DNA of 61,254 nt, filler included, from Circinaria calcarea (Eukaryota), in NCBI GenBank assembly GCA_051942165.1. It is 7 parts of 7 records of this genome, joined end to end, with 100 filler letters (N's around TTAATTAATTAA, not from the genome) between each part and the next. Parts side by side here need not be neighbours in the genome. Positions count along the whole stretch, not along the records: positions 8,785 to 17,458 come from JAVECS010001074.1; positions 17,559 to 26,226 come from JAVECS010001075.1; 5 more parts are not named here. One strand, given 5' to 3'. The notes under the pieces are model-generated. The model searched no databases. It had not been told where the DNA came from and was given only the letters and a program-made list of their open reading frames with translations. Below are positions 13,004-24,999 of the stretch, one piece after another. Position 1 is the first letter of the stretch. Every line of letters starts with the position of its first letter. The position numbers and the translations under genes were made by a program.

Positions 13004-13150
13004 ATGAACTCCCCACAATTTAACTGAAAATGTCACGCCTGCTCGGCCCCAAATCACCAGGATGCAGCTCGTTGCACAGAGTGTAGTCATAGGTTCTGCT
13101 ACCGTTGCCAATACCTCGAACTAAGGCAAGCAGCAGCTAGAGAATTATAA
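13004..13150 (+). pseudogene. Paralogous zinc-finger micro-ORF with TGA (13025-13027) at the Trp position
   Basis: MNSPQFN*KCHACSAPNHQDAARCTECSHRFCYRCQYLELRQAAAREL; aligns without gaps to the 12654 ORF. Confidence 0.6.
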
Positions 13151-14942
13151 TTACATTGACTCAATTTTCATTCGATGATGAGTGTCATCTGCTGATAAAC
13201 GTATTTCAGCTCATGTCCTTCTGGTGCGGAATATTCAGATGACAATGGGCCTTACTCGGGAGACAAGGCTATCACTATTACCAGCAATAGCTTTGATTTC
13301 TTGAAGAACAAAAACCAGGATACTTCCATGTTTCCAAGTCTGGTCTCGAAAGATCGATGATTATCCCGTATTGAGCCGAAGTCTGCATGCATTGTTTTGA
13401 TTCTTTCCGTTAAAGTTGTCTTACTCGATACGTATGCTATCCTTCTTGTTTCCTAACATTCAATAACGTGGTCGTCCCCATGTTCTTCGTGAGGTGAATT
13501 GAAGAAGCTATCAACGCTATCAACGAAGCATGCTACGCAAAATAATGGCAAAGCGAATGATCACTTGTTGCTTTTCTGATCTCGAACCGGCGGTGAATAC
13601 TTGCCTTGCGGTGCCAGACCGTTGTATGTATAGACCCGTAGCGAGAGTCTTGGGAAGCTTAAGAAACTTCAGGTGTAGTCGTATCATCTTTACGGATGGT
13701 CTCTGTGATAGTCTCCTCAGATCCCTAACATTACCCTCCCGTAAAGTAAGCATTTATGGTACTATGCTATCGAAAACGGTCCTTGTCGTGGAAGGTCGAT
13801 GTATGAATACCATGGCAGCGACAACGGTACTAGAAAAGCACTTTACTCAAAGGCCACTGCTATGAAAATGGTGTGCGCACATAAGCTATGTTATAGATTA
13901 ATGCCATGATTAGAAATTATGGCTCTCTGAAGCTGGATTCAGGTCCAAAATTTACAAACGAGAATGCGTGATGATGAATTTGATTCGAGAAATCTTTAGG
14001 ATCTAGATTTTCATGTTAGGATATTTAGTTATCGAGGCACAGTACCTGGTCTAGAATGGGTCTAACCACCAGAAGGTGGCGAGATCGGGCGAACGCGGAT
14101 TATGTGGGGGGAGGTGATTATCAAGCTTCGAGATCCTTAACCCGGTGACCAAATGCGAGGATATTGTACAACGGATATCTGCATTTGGAATATCATGTTT
14201 GTGGGTCTATGTGGATGTTTGGGTATACGCACATTAGCAGGGAAAAACTCACATTTTCACGTGAATTGATGTTGCCGAATCCGAGTTTCCGAAGACCGCT
14301 CGATTACTTTGTAGTAAAACTAACGGCCATTCGGCATCGGTCAATACCGTTGCAATGCTGCCTCAGGCTTCGCGGGCGAGCGGGCATTGCTCTAATCTCG
14401 AACTAAGGGTGAATCCGCAGGAGCAGTCCTTGATGGGTTTAGAATCTCCTGCAGAACTGCTCCTTGCGCAGTTAGGTGATACCGTAAGTGATCTTTGAGA
14501 CCAAAACCCTCATGCGGGCCCTCCCATTTCGTTACCGGCAAGGTATGCAGGACCTAAGGCTTTGCAATTTCGTGAGTGTTTTCCAACGGCACGGGTAGCT
14601 CAGCATTATACTAAAACTATGAACCTTACTTAACGTCCAGTTATTTTCTTCTATACTAATTGCCTCTATTATATCTCTGCCTCCACTGTTACAAGTTAAA
14701 TTGCCAATGCCTTTCAGGTGTATGTAGGGCAAGGGGCTGGAGCACCTCCGTTCAATGATTATATATACCTCAAGGCCATGATGATTTTTTTTAGAAAACG
14801 TCCATCTATCATTTACCAGTCTGAATAACTTTTGCCTACCGGGCATCACTCATTTTCTATTTATAACTCAGTTACACAGGTTGCATCATCCTTATAGTCT
14901 TGTCTGGTTAATCCAGTCAGCGAAGTTTTGTTTTTGTTCCCA

Positions 14943-16936
14943 ATGGCGCTTCTATCGTGGCTTCTATTGTGTTACAACACGGTATTGGTGGTAGCTCCAC
15001 CTTCAGCTATAGGATTGAATTCCACCAGTGGTGAGGAATTGATCTACCGTAATTAGCTAGCAAGACTGACTGACCAAAACTACAGTGAACCAAACTGGTT
15101 TAACGTCGTCACTATCTACTGCGCCTTCAGCTATGAATTTAAGTGTTTCAAGTGGTATGTCTGATGATTTGCCGTATTGGTTGCGAAATACATTGATAAA
15201 TCTAGAAGAAAGACAGAGAGGCGCAGCAACAATTGCGAATATAACAGAGGCAGCTAATCTCTATTTCAATTCTTCGTTTCGCACATTTCACGCCAACCTT
15301 TCTAGTTTCTGCATTTCCAATTTGATCATGAATTACAGCAAGTGGGCCAACTGGCCAATTATCCCCTCCCCGCCATGTTGTGCTGATTGTACGATTATTG
15401 TACGCAGCGCTCAAGTGGCCCATTGGCCTACACCAGCGCCTCCGCTTAACTTATCAACCATAATTGGTTCAAGTGGGTTTGTGTTGTATGTATCTTTTGT
15501 CTTGCGTGTTATTTAGTGCTAAGAACTACTTCAGTACATCTCCATCGGCATACATTATCTATTAAAGTATGGAGGCATACAATCTGTGCGGTGCTGTTGG
15601 CTCCAGTCTTAAAGTGGACATTACTCAACCTTACAGGCCAGAGGAACTGTCAACCCTAGGCTACAATCCTTGCTCGGAGGATGATGATGGTAATCTTCGC
15701 TGCCCACATAAGTATACCATGTTTAACTTCGCCGACCTCAAAAGCTGTTCATTTCCCTATCCTGGTGCCGGTGATTCTCGCCGCTGCCTTCCCTTCATAG
15801 CATTCAGCTCAATTGGGTTCAATCCCGAAACCCTCCACCACGAATGGGCCAACTGCAAATATGAACCCTTTGATTGGATACAGGATCCACCCTATGCTCT
15901 GACCTCAGTCGGTGCGCTCGATGCCCTAAGCATCACACTCCCGACTCTGTCTCAAACCAGATCTGCAACTGCTGGAGCTGTTCCTCCAGCGTTCCCTACA
16001 GAAACGGCCCCACCAGAGGATCCTCCGATTTTAACCCGAACTCGAGTCAGCGCCATGGTAGGAAACCTACCTACAGAATCTCTATCCTCAGCGCATGATC
16101 CTTCGTCCCAGGGTGCCGATTCTTTGGTTTCAAAGATCGAAGACCCTAGTATCCATTCCAAGGCAGCGGAAAGCCACGCCGACCTTCCACCCACTTCAGG
16201 CCTACAAACGGCGTACACGGAAGACGCACCAAGACATGACGGCGTAACGAGAGGAGGGCAAATTGTAGCACCAAGCGGCAGTTCGATATCGAGCACACAA
16301 AACCCAGCAGCGACAAGATTCAACTCCTCACTCTCTATCCCCCTGTCCTCAAGTACACTGCCACTGGAGACATTTACGCTGCATCTTCCAAAAATCCCAA
16401 CAGCCTCACCCGCTTCATCCGGCAATCCCGACATCACCTTCACCATCGGCACAGAAGTCCTCACCTATGCCACAGACGCCATTATCATCGGTCAAGCAAC
16501 AGTGACGCGCAACGCTCCAGCACTCACCTCAAAGGGATACGTTGTCTCACTCGGTAGCTCCGACGTAGTAGTCGTGATTGGCGGTTCTGGGATCACACCA
16601 TTTGCCACCTCCAAGGGCGCGTCCGCCAACACCTCATCATCAGCAGGAGGTGAGGCTAGACTTTCCTCCGAGCCCACAACCACCACACCAGCCCGGACAA
16701 ACGATCTAGCTTGGTTCATCATGTCCGGACTCGAAGGCATGGACCATGGTCCGGTATCTCCTTCCCACCTCACCTCTACGACACTTGGGATAACCAGCAA
16801 CATCTCTGCATCCGGAAACAGCAGTTTTCCAATCGTACCGTTTCCCGGCGCGGCTGACGGGCGGAGAGTAGTTCATGCTGGAGTCAGGCTCGTGGCTTTG
16901 GGGAGTTGGATCTGGTGGTCTGGAGGTGGGGTGTAA
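14943..16936 (+). pseudogene. Secreted, possibly GPI-anchored Cys-rich + Ser/Thr-rich cell-surface protein with an in-frame TAA at 15563-15565; introns 15031-15085 and 15486-15534
   Basis: Signal peptide exon; PPCCADCTI..HWPTP..GFVFTSPSAYIIY*SMEAYNLCGAVG; long S/T/P-rich stalk; hydrophobic C-terminus. Confidence 0.65.
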
Positions 16937-17458
16937 GATGGAGATTTCATTATGTTGTGTTATGTTGCGAATATGCGTCGTCATATAACGGCTTTAAGCA
17001 TAGGTTTCGCTTCCGCGTTTAGCAGGGTTAGAGGCCTCTAATAGTCTAAGTTAGTAAACTCTTATATAGCTATACAGCCCATCAATCTATCTCCCCGCCG
17101 CCCCTTTCTCTTTTTTTTTTTTTTTTGGGATTACCCTAGGGACCCAATATCCCAACACCCAAATCATCGAGGGGCGTCCATCCTCCCAAAATCGCCCGTA
17201 CAGTCAGCGTAAACGGGCAGTGCTCTGTAGCTGCAAAAGCTGTCCAAAAACGCAATCGACGGCGCAGTCTGCTCTGATCGGAGCCCTTCTCTGCTCTACA
17301 ATGTTGAAGACCTTTTTGGCTACGGGTCTGGATCTAGCAGCGTTCAGAGTCGTCACCGAGGGGGGGTGGGATAATAAGGTGGGTCAGAAAAAGCAAAAGA
17401 GGGACGTCAAAGTCAATGACGGAAGAGGAAGTAGAGAGAGGAATGGAAGGAAGGGAAA

Positions 17459-17558
17459 NNNNNNNNNNNNNNNNNNNNNNNNNNNNNNNNNNNNNNNNNN
17501 NNTTAATTAATTAANNNNNNNNNNNNNNNNNNNNNNNNNNNNNNNNNNNNNNNNNNNN
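17459..17558. other. Artificial contig linker
   Basis: 44 N + TTAATTAATTAA + 44 N. Confidence 0.99.
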
Positions 17559-18836
17559 GGCTAGGACGAGGAGGGTCGAGAGGAAGGTGGTAATGATCAT
17601 CACGTTGAACCGACCAATGCGATCGCCGAGCCAACCTGGAACGACGCGGCCTACGACACTGAATGGCAGTCTGTCAGTAAACCCCGTCGATGCAAACTGA
17701 GGAAGAGGATCAGAAGCGACGAACGATGTGCAAAGTAAAACAGGAGAATAGGGAAGGACGCCTACCTCGCACCGTTGAGAATAGCAATTTGGTAGTTCGC
17801 CAATTCGGGGTCCATGCCCTTGTACTGAGCAGCCAGGATGATAAAATTGAAGGGCACAAAAAGTCCCCAGTAGGAAAAGAAATTCCCCAAGGTGTTGAGG
17901 AGGAAGAGACGCTCGCGCAAAGGTTGATAGAAGGCCCGCATCTCCCATGACTTGGGCGATGGACGCGTTCGGGCCTTGACCGTCCCCATGGCAAAGACGA
18001 GAACGAAAAGAAAGACGAAAGCGCAGATTCGCATCGTCCACCCAAATCCGACTTTCGGGAGCAGGCGTGTGATCATGATACTTTTCTTTGTATTAGAATA
18101 ACCAATGCATTCCCACTGCAAAAGCGAACCAAAGGAAAGGGGGCGTCATACGGTAGCAGAAACCCGCTTACGCTTGCCCCGGCCGATACAACTCCAAATG
18201 CCAGTGCTCGATTGCGCAAGAACCACGTGCCGATAACATTGTTCCCAGCGTAGAAGATCGCTGCTGCGCCGAGGGCACTGCACACTGACTGGGCGAGGAA
18301 GAATTGATAGTATTCCCGAGCCAGGGAGGCCATCATGAGCCCCAGGACGTGCGCAGCCGTGCCCCCATATAGCAGAGGCGCGGGTCCATGGTTGTCGTAT
18401 ATCTTACCGAAGATCGGGGCCGAGAGGTACATCATACTAGTCTGATTAACCATTCGTGATCAGCTGGGCTAATAAGTTACGTCCATTGATTTCGGCGAGC
18501 GGAGACTTCCAATGCGAGTATGGGGCATGCTCAAATACGTACCTCGACGGATGTAATCCATGCGATCGTACTAGGCGAATAGTTCCTCAGTTGGTCAGTC
18601 TGGTAGAGGCTCTGGAAGACCCCGATACAGTCCACCCAGCCAAAGCTGGCGAAGAGCACGCACCAGCCGCCGAAGACTACCGACCAGGCTTTCAACCCGC
18701 CGTCTGGAATTTCTGCTAAGTCGGGAACTATGGCGGAGGCGGGAGAGTCGGCAGAGAAGATAGCAGCCGACTTCTCCGGAGACCCCTTTTCTGGATCAAC
18801 GCCGCTGGAGAGCCGCTCCGTAGAGGAAGCGGCCAT
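17559..18836 (-). CDS. MFS monocarboxylate-permease-family (Mch-like) transporter, multi-exon, 3'-truncated
   Basis: PDGGLKAWSVVFGGW, GVFQSLYQ, GKIYDNHGP, WFLRNRALAFG, GFGWTMR, GRVVPGWLGDRIGRFN. Confidence 0.92.
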
Positions 18837-19495
18837 GAGTGGGAGAATTTTGACGGGAGGTGAATCAACAGAATGAGAAAAACTCTTTGTGATGCTATTG
18901 GGGATCCGGGTAGTCTTTCAGCGTAGCACCAAAAGCCAGAAAGGGGATCTTTATGTAAGATTTATAGTCCGGATATGAGGGCATATATACACAGAAGTTT
19001 TAGGTGGCAAGTCCCGATTCTAAAATCTTTCGAGTGCTCCGGATAAGAAATCCCATCGGACGCAAATGATGCAAGAATACTCCATGTGCTTTTGATCTGG
19101 TAAGTGTTCTCCAAAACTTTATATAGATCATAGGCTGTGTCCTATCAAATAACCGGTATGCAAGTCAAAGGGACAGCGCCTGACCGGTAGCGAAGAACCG
19201 GAGTATCGAATGTCAGAGGACGGGGTACCACTCAGGCCACCCAAAGGCAAGTTTGAACCCAATCTGAGTGATATTCCCCGCCTGAACACTATTGTGCGCA
19301 CACGCGCTTTCACGGGGTAGGCCATTAAAAGCAGCGCGATTAAGAGTCAACTCTAATCTAAATCACATTCTTTTTTATTTTTAATACCTTTTTTTCAAGC
19401 TGATCTGCCAGACAAGCTTTTTTACAAAAATTCGGTTTATAGATTTAGTTCAGAGTCTTTTCGAATTTCCGCTAATATTGCCACGGCAGCTTTTA

Positions 19496-19768
19496 CCGCT
19501 GGTGTTGAAATGGTAGGCGCTTTTTAAGATTAATTTTTCATTTTACGATCTCCGCAAGGATTAAGCGAAGCGCTACCATACCGCTAGTAGCCGCAAGGCT
19601 CTACTTTGTAATCCATCAATACAGTCTATGAATAATATACTCTCGATAAACCAATTGGATCCCCGCCCAGAGTGTAAATTGTTTATCGCTTCAATATAAT
19701 ATTTACTAGCAGACTATCATGATACAGCTATCTATCCTAGCTGGCGTCTACCATTTCAACACCAACGG
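19496..19768. mobile_element. MITE-like element, 273 bp, 25-bp terminal inverted repeats, TA on both sides (Tc1/mariner type)
   Basis: Left CCGCTGGTGTTGAAATGGTAGGCGC; reverse complement of right end CCGTTGGTGTTGAAATGGTAGACGC (23/25); AT-rich non-coding interior. Confidence 0.8.
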
Positions 19769-19826
19769 TACAGCCTATCACTACCTAATTATCGCCTCTG
19801 TCCCCTCGATTCCACCGCTGTTTTCC

Positions 19827-20704
19827 CTAGTCATCCCTGATGGTGTAGACGACGGTGAAAGGCTTGATATCGGTACCTGTGTGCTTGCCTAAACTCTGGA
19901 GGATAGACGAGACGTTCGCCATCCCGCCCTCGTGCCCTGCGGCAGCGTCTGTGGCAAAGTCATCAGATACTTCGTTCGTCGATACATATATACCACAGGC
20001 TAAAATCCTGTCCAAACATACCGTAAGGCGTTCCCACGTCGCAGCGCCAATTGTTCCAGCTGATGGCAGTTTCATTTGGTAGGACGGTCTGCTGGGCTCT
20101 GACGACTGCCCATTCACCGTGGAACTCGGCCCCGCCGGGGAGTTTGATAACTCTAGGTTCTGCACAGAGTTAAGTCTGTAACCTCGCTTGTTTTGGCGAG
20201 GAGTGTGACTGACCGGGTGCTTGTCCGAAACCGAACACGAAAGAGCCATCGGCGTATTTGCTATACACCGTTTGCTTGTTTTATGAGCCAAGTCGTAAGT
20301 GTACCATGCGTTGACAGAGCTTACCACTTCTGTAAAGATGAAATAGCCATCCGGGAGAGTGAAATTGTAGGACCTTGTGGCACCTACGGCAGTTTCCTTG
20401 CCCGTGGTCTCATATGGGTTGGGGCCGCCTAGCCATTCCGATTCAAAGTCTGCCAGTAGTTAAGACCACACGATGGCACAAAGAACGAGACTTGGCAAAG
20501 CTCACAATGGTTCATGATCTTTTCAACTTCTGCCGCTGGAGCTCCGATGACGGAGTAGCTGGTCAGGTTCTTGAAAGTAACGCCAGGGGGGCATTTGCAT
20601 GGACCGCTGGTGGCGCTGCAAGGGGGAAGTTTCCTGTGGCTCAAGGGCGTTCCCAATGTCAGAGCTGAAAAAGCCAAAAAGACGAAGAGGAAGATGGGAA
20701 GCAT
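19827..20704 (-). CDS. Secreted protein with probable SRPBCC/polyketide-cyclase-like (START) fold, about 5 exons
   Basis: Signal peptide MLPIFLFVFLAFSALTLG; C..GPCKCP; IGAPAAEVEKIMNH..FESEWL..VGATRSY..FTE pattern; GT-AG introns can be threaded to the stop at 19827. Confidence 0.6.
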
Positions 20705-22167
20705 TGCGAGCTGTTTGAACGGCTTGAATGTGAGGTGTTCTCCGGGCTGCATTCGCAAAGGCATTTTAGGGGCAAGAGGATACAACGCCGTCCGGGTTGT
20801 TATAGAGCCGTGCTTCTCCTTTCAGTGAAAGCGGTGAGGCCGACATATCGGAGGCCTGCAAGTACAGAGTATCGGCCTGCTGTGAAACCTCTGCTAGACC
20901 GGCTTCTGGTTTGATGGAAGAATGATAAACCCAGAGTACTTGAATGGATATGAGATTTTGAAAGGCCGTGCGGTGAAAGTCAACATGACGATTACAGCAC
21001 AACTGCATAACTAGTATCTTGGCGTGCGGAATCAATTATGACTGGTGAGGCAAACATCTAAAGCATGAAAAGAAGGTGTCGGTTGCCTGTTTTTAGATAC
21101 ATAAATTCCAGCCGTTGTGCATGGGATGGTGTCATAGCAGAGTGCCATCGCAGGATGCTTTATGCATAGGGGTTTATATACCGTCAAACCTCCACGGCCT
21201 ATCGAGTACGGTGGTTGCAGGCACTACAGCAAGCCACGCCATGCGCCAACATTATCGGGAAGAACCGTGATACGGTCTGAGAAGCTATACTCAACATACC
21301 TTTTTTCTTTCATTAGGCTTTTTTTGTAAATTGCCGGTTTGACAGAGGGAGTCGAAGACGGCGCTGAAACGGGGTTTTCCTACAGCCGCAACAGCTTAAG
21401 ATTACCTCCTACGCCTCAGGTGCCTCTCCACTCCTGGAATCCGGGGATCTTATCTTATCGAGCAAGGGGTACCGCAAGGATCTGCTCAGTAGGAACCGGA
21501 GTATAAGGATTTGACAAATATGGCGGATGGAATCGACGGGGTTTGGAGGAAGCCGTGATCCAGCCATTGTCAGTCTCGTCGGCTTTACCCACTAAACACG
21601 CCCTGCATGACACGAAGATCGTGTCATCTGAAGATGTTAGCGAATGACATGGACAAGCTCTATAGGATCGTGCAGATATCTCTATACAGGGTGTATGTTA
21701 GGATCTCTTAGCTACAGAAGACTTGTGTCTGAATCCTACGGGAAGTTCACAAGGACGGGAAATGTCGGCGGATTGGCCGACTTATGTCCCGTTAATCATT
21801 CCACTCGATCTACACGAGCGGCTGCCTCCCCGGTTGCGTCGAGTTACTGAGGCTGGGGAAAAGAGAGATATAAATCGGGAAGAGCCGAGGGACTTTTTAC
21901 TGAAATAGGACATCTAGGGTTTTGTCATTGCTATGGGCCCGCATGCAGTATCCTGTACAAGTCGGTTACGGACAGAAGTAAGGTCGGTTTTAGGAACTAC
22001 GATCTACACCGCTGCTATCAGGCTGCTATCCAAGATAACGGAGATTCGAGGATAAACCCTAAGGTCCCAGTCGCTCCTCAGCATTCCGGTCTCCCGATGC
22101 TTTGTTGAATAAAAAAGAACACTCTCCTGTAGGTTGACAAGTCCAACAGTAGTCACTGCGAGGATAA

Positions 22168-23641
22168 ATGTCAAAAGAGCAACAGCAACGGAGATGGACA
22201 TCAGACGAGGATGCCATACTGCTCGGGGGATTCCAACAACAAGTAGCAGGTAGGTGAAGGCATGGATGACTTACGCTCCTAACTCCATCACTTCAGTCTA
22301 CTGACCGCATAGCCAGCCCCAAAAGGCAAAGGTGGCACGGTCAATTGGAACGAGATCGCCAAGAAGATTCCGGGTCGAACCAACAAGGACTGCCGCAAGC
22401 GTTACTACAATAACATGACAGCTGGCTTGAAAAAGGTACGAGATTCCCATAGTGGTGTAGCTTTAGCTGATATGTGACAGGGTCCATGGACCGAAGAAGA
22501 GGACTCGAGGTTAAGAAGCTATATTGAAGAGTGTGGTCTGTCCTGGGCTGTGATAGCTCAGAAGATAGGCAATCGCAGTGCGGACCGTATGTGCAACTTA
22601 CTCACATATTAGACTCTTCGGGCTTACCATTACACGGCTGCAGAGTGTTCGAAGCGTTGGCATCACTGCTTGGATCCAGGGCTTGAGCGTCATGCATGGA
22701 CGGCGGAGGAAGTGAGCTCCCTCATGCTTGCAGTCAGGGATTCTTGAGTCGTTTGCTGAGCCAGAGCAGAGCCAACGCCTTCTGGCGGCTGTCGCCACCC
22801 ATGGGACCACTTGGAAAGATATCCAGATAATTCACTTCCCCACGAGGTCTGCGAACAACGTGAAGAACCAGTGAGAGCAATCCCCTCTCGAGAGGATGAC
22901 TGTCCACTGTGTCGAATCCATTCTAAAGCCCCAATTCCCAGGTACAGCATCCTTGGTCGCAAATACGCCTCCACCCCTCTCGATCTACCTCCGTGTTGTC
23001 CGCTACGCCAACCGAACCCTCCCAGAACTCCATCTAACCATCCCGAATCGTGCGAAGACAGCAACTTACCACCGGACAATGAATACAGCCTTATGGTTGT
23101 CGATAGCGATTTGTCCACTCCCGAATCAACTGATATTCTCCTTCTCGACGAATGCCGGTCACCGGACTTGGACTCCTTCTTGGATGACTTGTCCTCATCC
23201 GATTTCCCTGATCCTTTGGGCATGTCGGGGATGAACGACTTGGACGATTTCCTCAACACAGTATTCGAGCATCCTTCTGCTGAGCTGGATATGCAATACT
23301 TCCCTACGAGCTCACCGGTCGCCGAGACAGCTTCTGGCATGGGCGGTGGAGACTTTGGTGGGCAGGCGCTATGTCATGATACAAATCACTCTTCGAGGTT
23401 GCATTCGCAGATGCCCCACTCGATCTTCTCGCAAACGTACTCGACCGATGTCCCGTACTTCCTTGTCGCCGACGGCAAAGAGGCGGCCTTGGCGCAGGCA
23501 GGAGGCGTTTCATGCCAAGGCATGGCGGTGAACGGTTCCCGCCTCATCATCACGATAGACGACGCGGAGGCAGATACGGTGATGGGGGTAATGAAGGTCT
23601 TGGTGGCTTCCAAAGCAAAAGTCAATTTCCAGAGCACCTAG
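22168..23641 (+). CDS. Myb-like transcription factor with three Myb repeats, multi-exon
   Basis: RRWTSDEDAIL, NWNEIAKKIPGRTNKDCRKRY, GPWTEEEDSRL..WAVIAQKIGNRSAD(Q)CSKRW, WTAEE..WKDI..RSANNVKN; acidic C-terminal region. Confidence 0.9.
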
Positions 23642-23940
23642 ATCTTTAGATATGATATATGCTAGAGCACATTCCAGCCATAGAAATAGAGAGAACACAG
23701 GGCATGTCTTATTCCGTGAAGATGCGATTGTGCTTTTTCATCCGCCCACTTGGGCGTTTGCATAAAACCCCCACGTCGTTTCGGGGACCTATAGCCGACG
23801 CGCCTTTGGGGAGGTTTAGTTTCTGTGGTTATGCTCGGAGGATGTTAGGTAGACCGGGAATAACAGTGCTCCCCAGCCAATCGATACCTCCTCTGCAAGG
23901 GTGGCCCGCCCCAGCTTTACATACAGAGTATAGACTCCGC

Positions 23941-24014
23941 CCGGCTAGAATACACATTTCCCACACCAAAACGGTCCATGCAGTAAAATACCACCCCTGG
24001 TGTATTCTAGCCGG
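23941..24014. repeat. 15-bp perfect inverted repeat (small foldback element)
   Basis: CCGGCTAGAATACAC at 23941-23955 and GTGTATTCTAGCCGG at 24000-24014. Confidence 0.75.
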
Positions 24015-24023
24015 CGGTGTTTA

Positions 24024-24178
24024 CTATGGGCGGAAGGGAGAATAGCGTTGGCGTGGCATTGGTAGATCAGCACTTAATGCAGTTAGAGCCTCTTTGTCTA
24101 CCAGTAAGATCTGTCAAATAACCATAAAATTTAGTGATTTTAGCGCCGAGCTAACGCTATTTTCCCTTCCGACCATAG
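24024..24178. mobile_element. MITE-like element A, 155 bp, about 29-bp TIRs, TA-flanked
   Basis: TA|CTATGGGCGGAAGGGAGAATAGCGTTGGC vs right-end reverse complement TA|CTATGGTCGGAAGGGAAAATAGCGTTAGC (3 mismatches). Confidence 0.8.
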
Positions 24179-24376
24179 TATACTCTGTATGTTATACTCG
24201 TGGCCCTTAGTACAGATTCTGCTAGCCTTTCCTCCCCTGTTTTATAGCGGGAAAACAGGGATTAGGGTCAACATTAATTATAATACGGCCCCCACGTATT
24301 CTAGCCCGAGCTGTCGCCCCTCTGTACAGCATTAGGCTTAGCCTCTCGGTGCCGTCCTCCCGACCACAAGTTTCTA

Positions 24377-24605
24377 CTGTGGTCGCGGGGGAAATAAACC
24401 ATAGCTCGGCGCTAGTAGATCAGTGCCTATTATAGTTTAAATTCCGGAAAAGCTTTGTTATTTACTTTTAGTTTTTCGTATGTATAAACATTGAAGCCAA
24501 TCAGATTAGGAAATGGAGTTAAAATACCTGAAAATTTTGATAGTCTAAGCAGGGATTCTAGTGATTTTAGCGCTAAGCTATGGTTTGTTTCCCCTGCGAC
24601 TACAG
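24377..24605. mobile_element. MITE-like element B, 229 bp, about 38-bp TIRs, TA-flanked, related to element A
   Basis: TA|CTGTGGTCGCGGGGGAAATAAACCATAGCTCGGCGCTA vs TA|CTGTAGTCGCAGGGGAAACAAACCATAGCTTAGCGCTA (5 mismatches, all transitions). Confidence 0.82.
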
Positions 24606-24999
24606 TAAGGAGAAAATCTTTACATGGCGGTAAGCTCATGAGCAGCCAGTCCTACGGGCTCTTTGAAATGCTCCGGAGAGGCAAGAACAAAAGTTTCCCG
24701 CCGCTCGGAAGAGGGTTTCTCCGCTCGCTTCCCAACCTGCACGGCCCCCGTTTTCCAATTACTTACTCATTACTTCAGAATATGAACTGCAATGTTTACT
24801 CCGTATTTGACTTACTTCTACCGAGTAATCTCTCTGGCGAGGTTGACCCTTCCCTTCCCAATCTGACAAAGCGATGACCTTGAGAAATCGTATCGCAGAA
24901 GACCTGACACTGAATACTTTCCACTCAACGAGTTGGAGCACTCCTACTCACAGAATCTCGACTCCCCTCCCGTGCCTTTCAGCCCATATTAAAGTCCCT

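Noticed and set aside
13025..13027. Alternative genetic code (TGA = Trp)
   Set aside because: TGA is the normal terminator of several conserved genes here (carbonic anhydrase, dioxygenase, GPI12, amine oxidase, ATP19, MTFP1)
14532..14849. AT-rich ORF with IIEAISIEE, reminiscent of pogo/Fot1 transposases
   Set aside because: Only one short motif, no TIRs or catalytic DDE context seen; needs BLASTX
21607..21627. 9-bp hairpin ATGACACGA-AGA-TCGTGTCAT in the Myb upstream region
   Set aside because: Short enough to be expected by chance in 61 kb; no supporting copies
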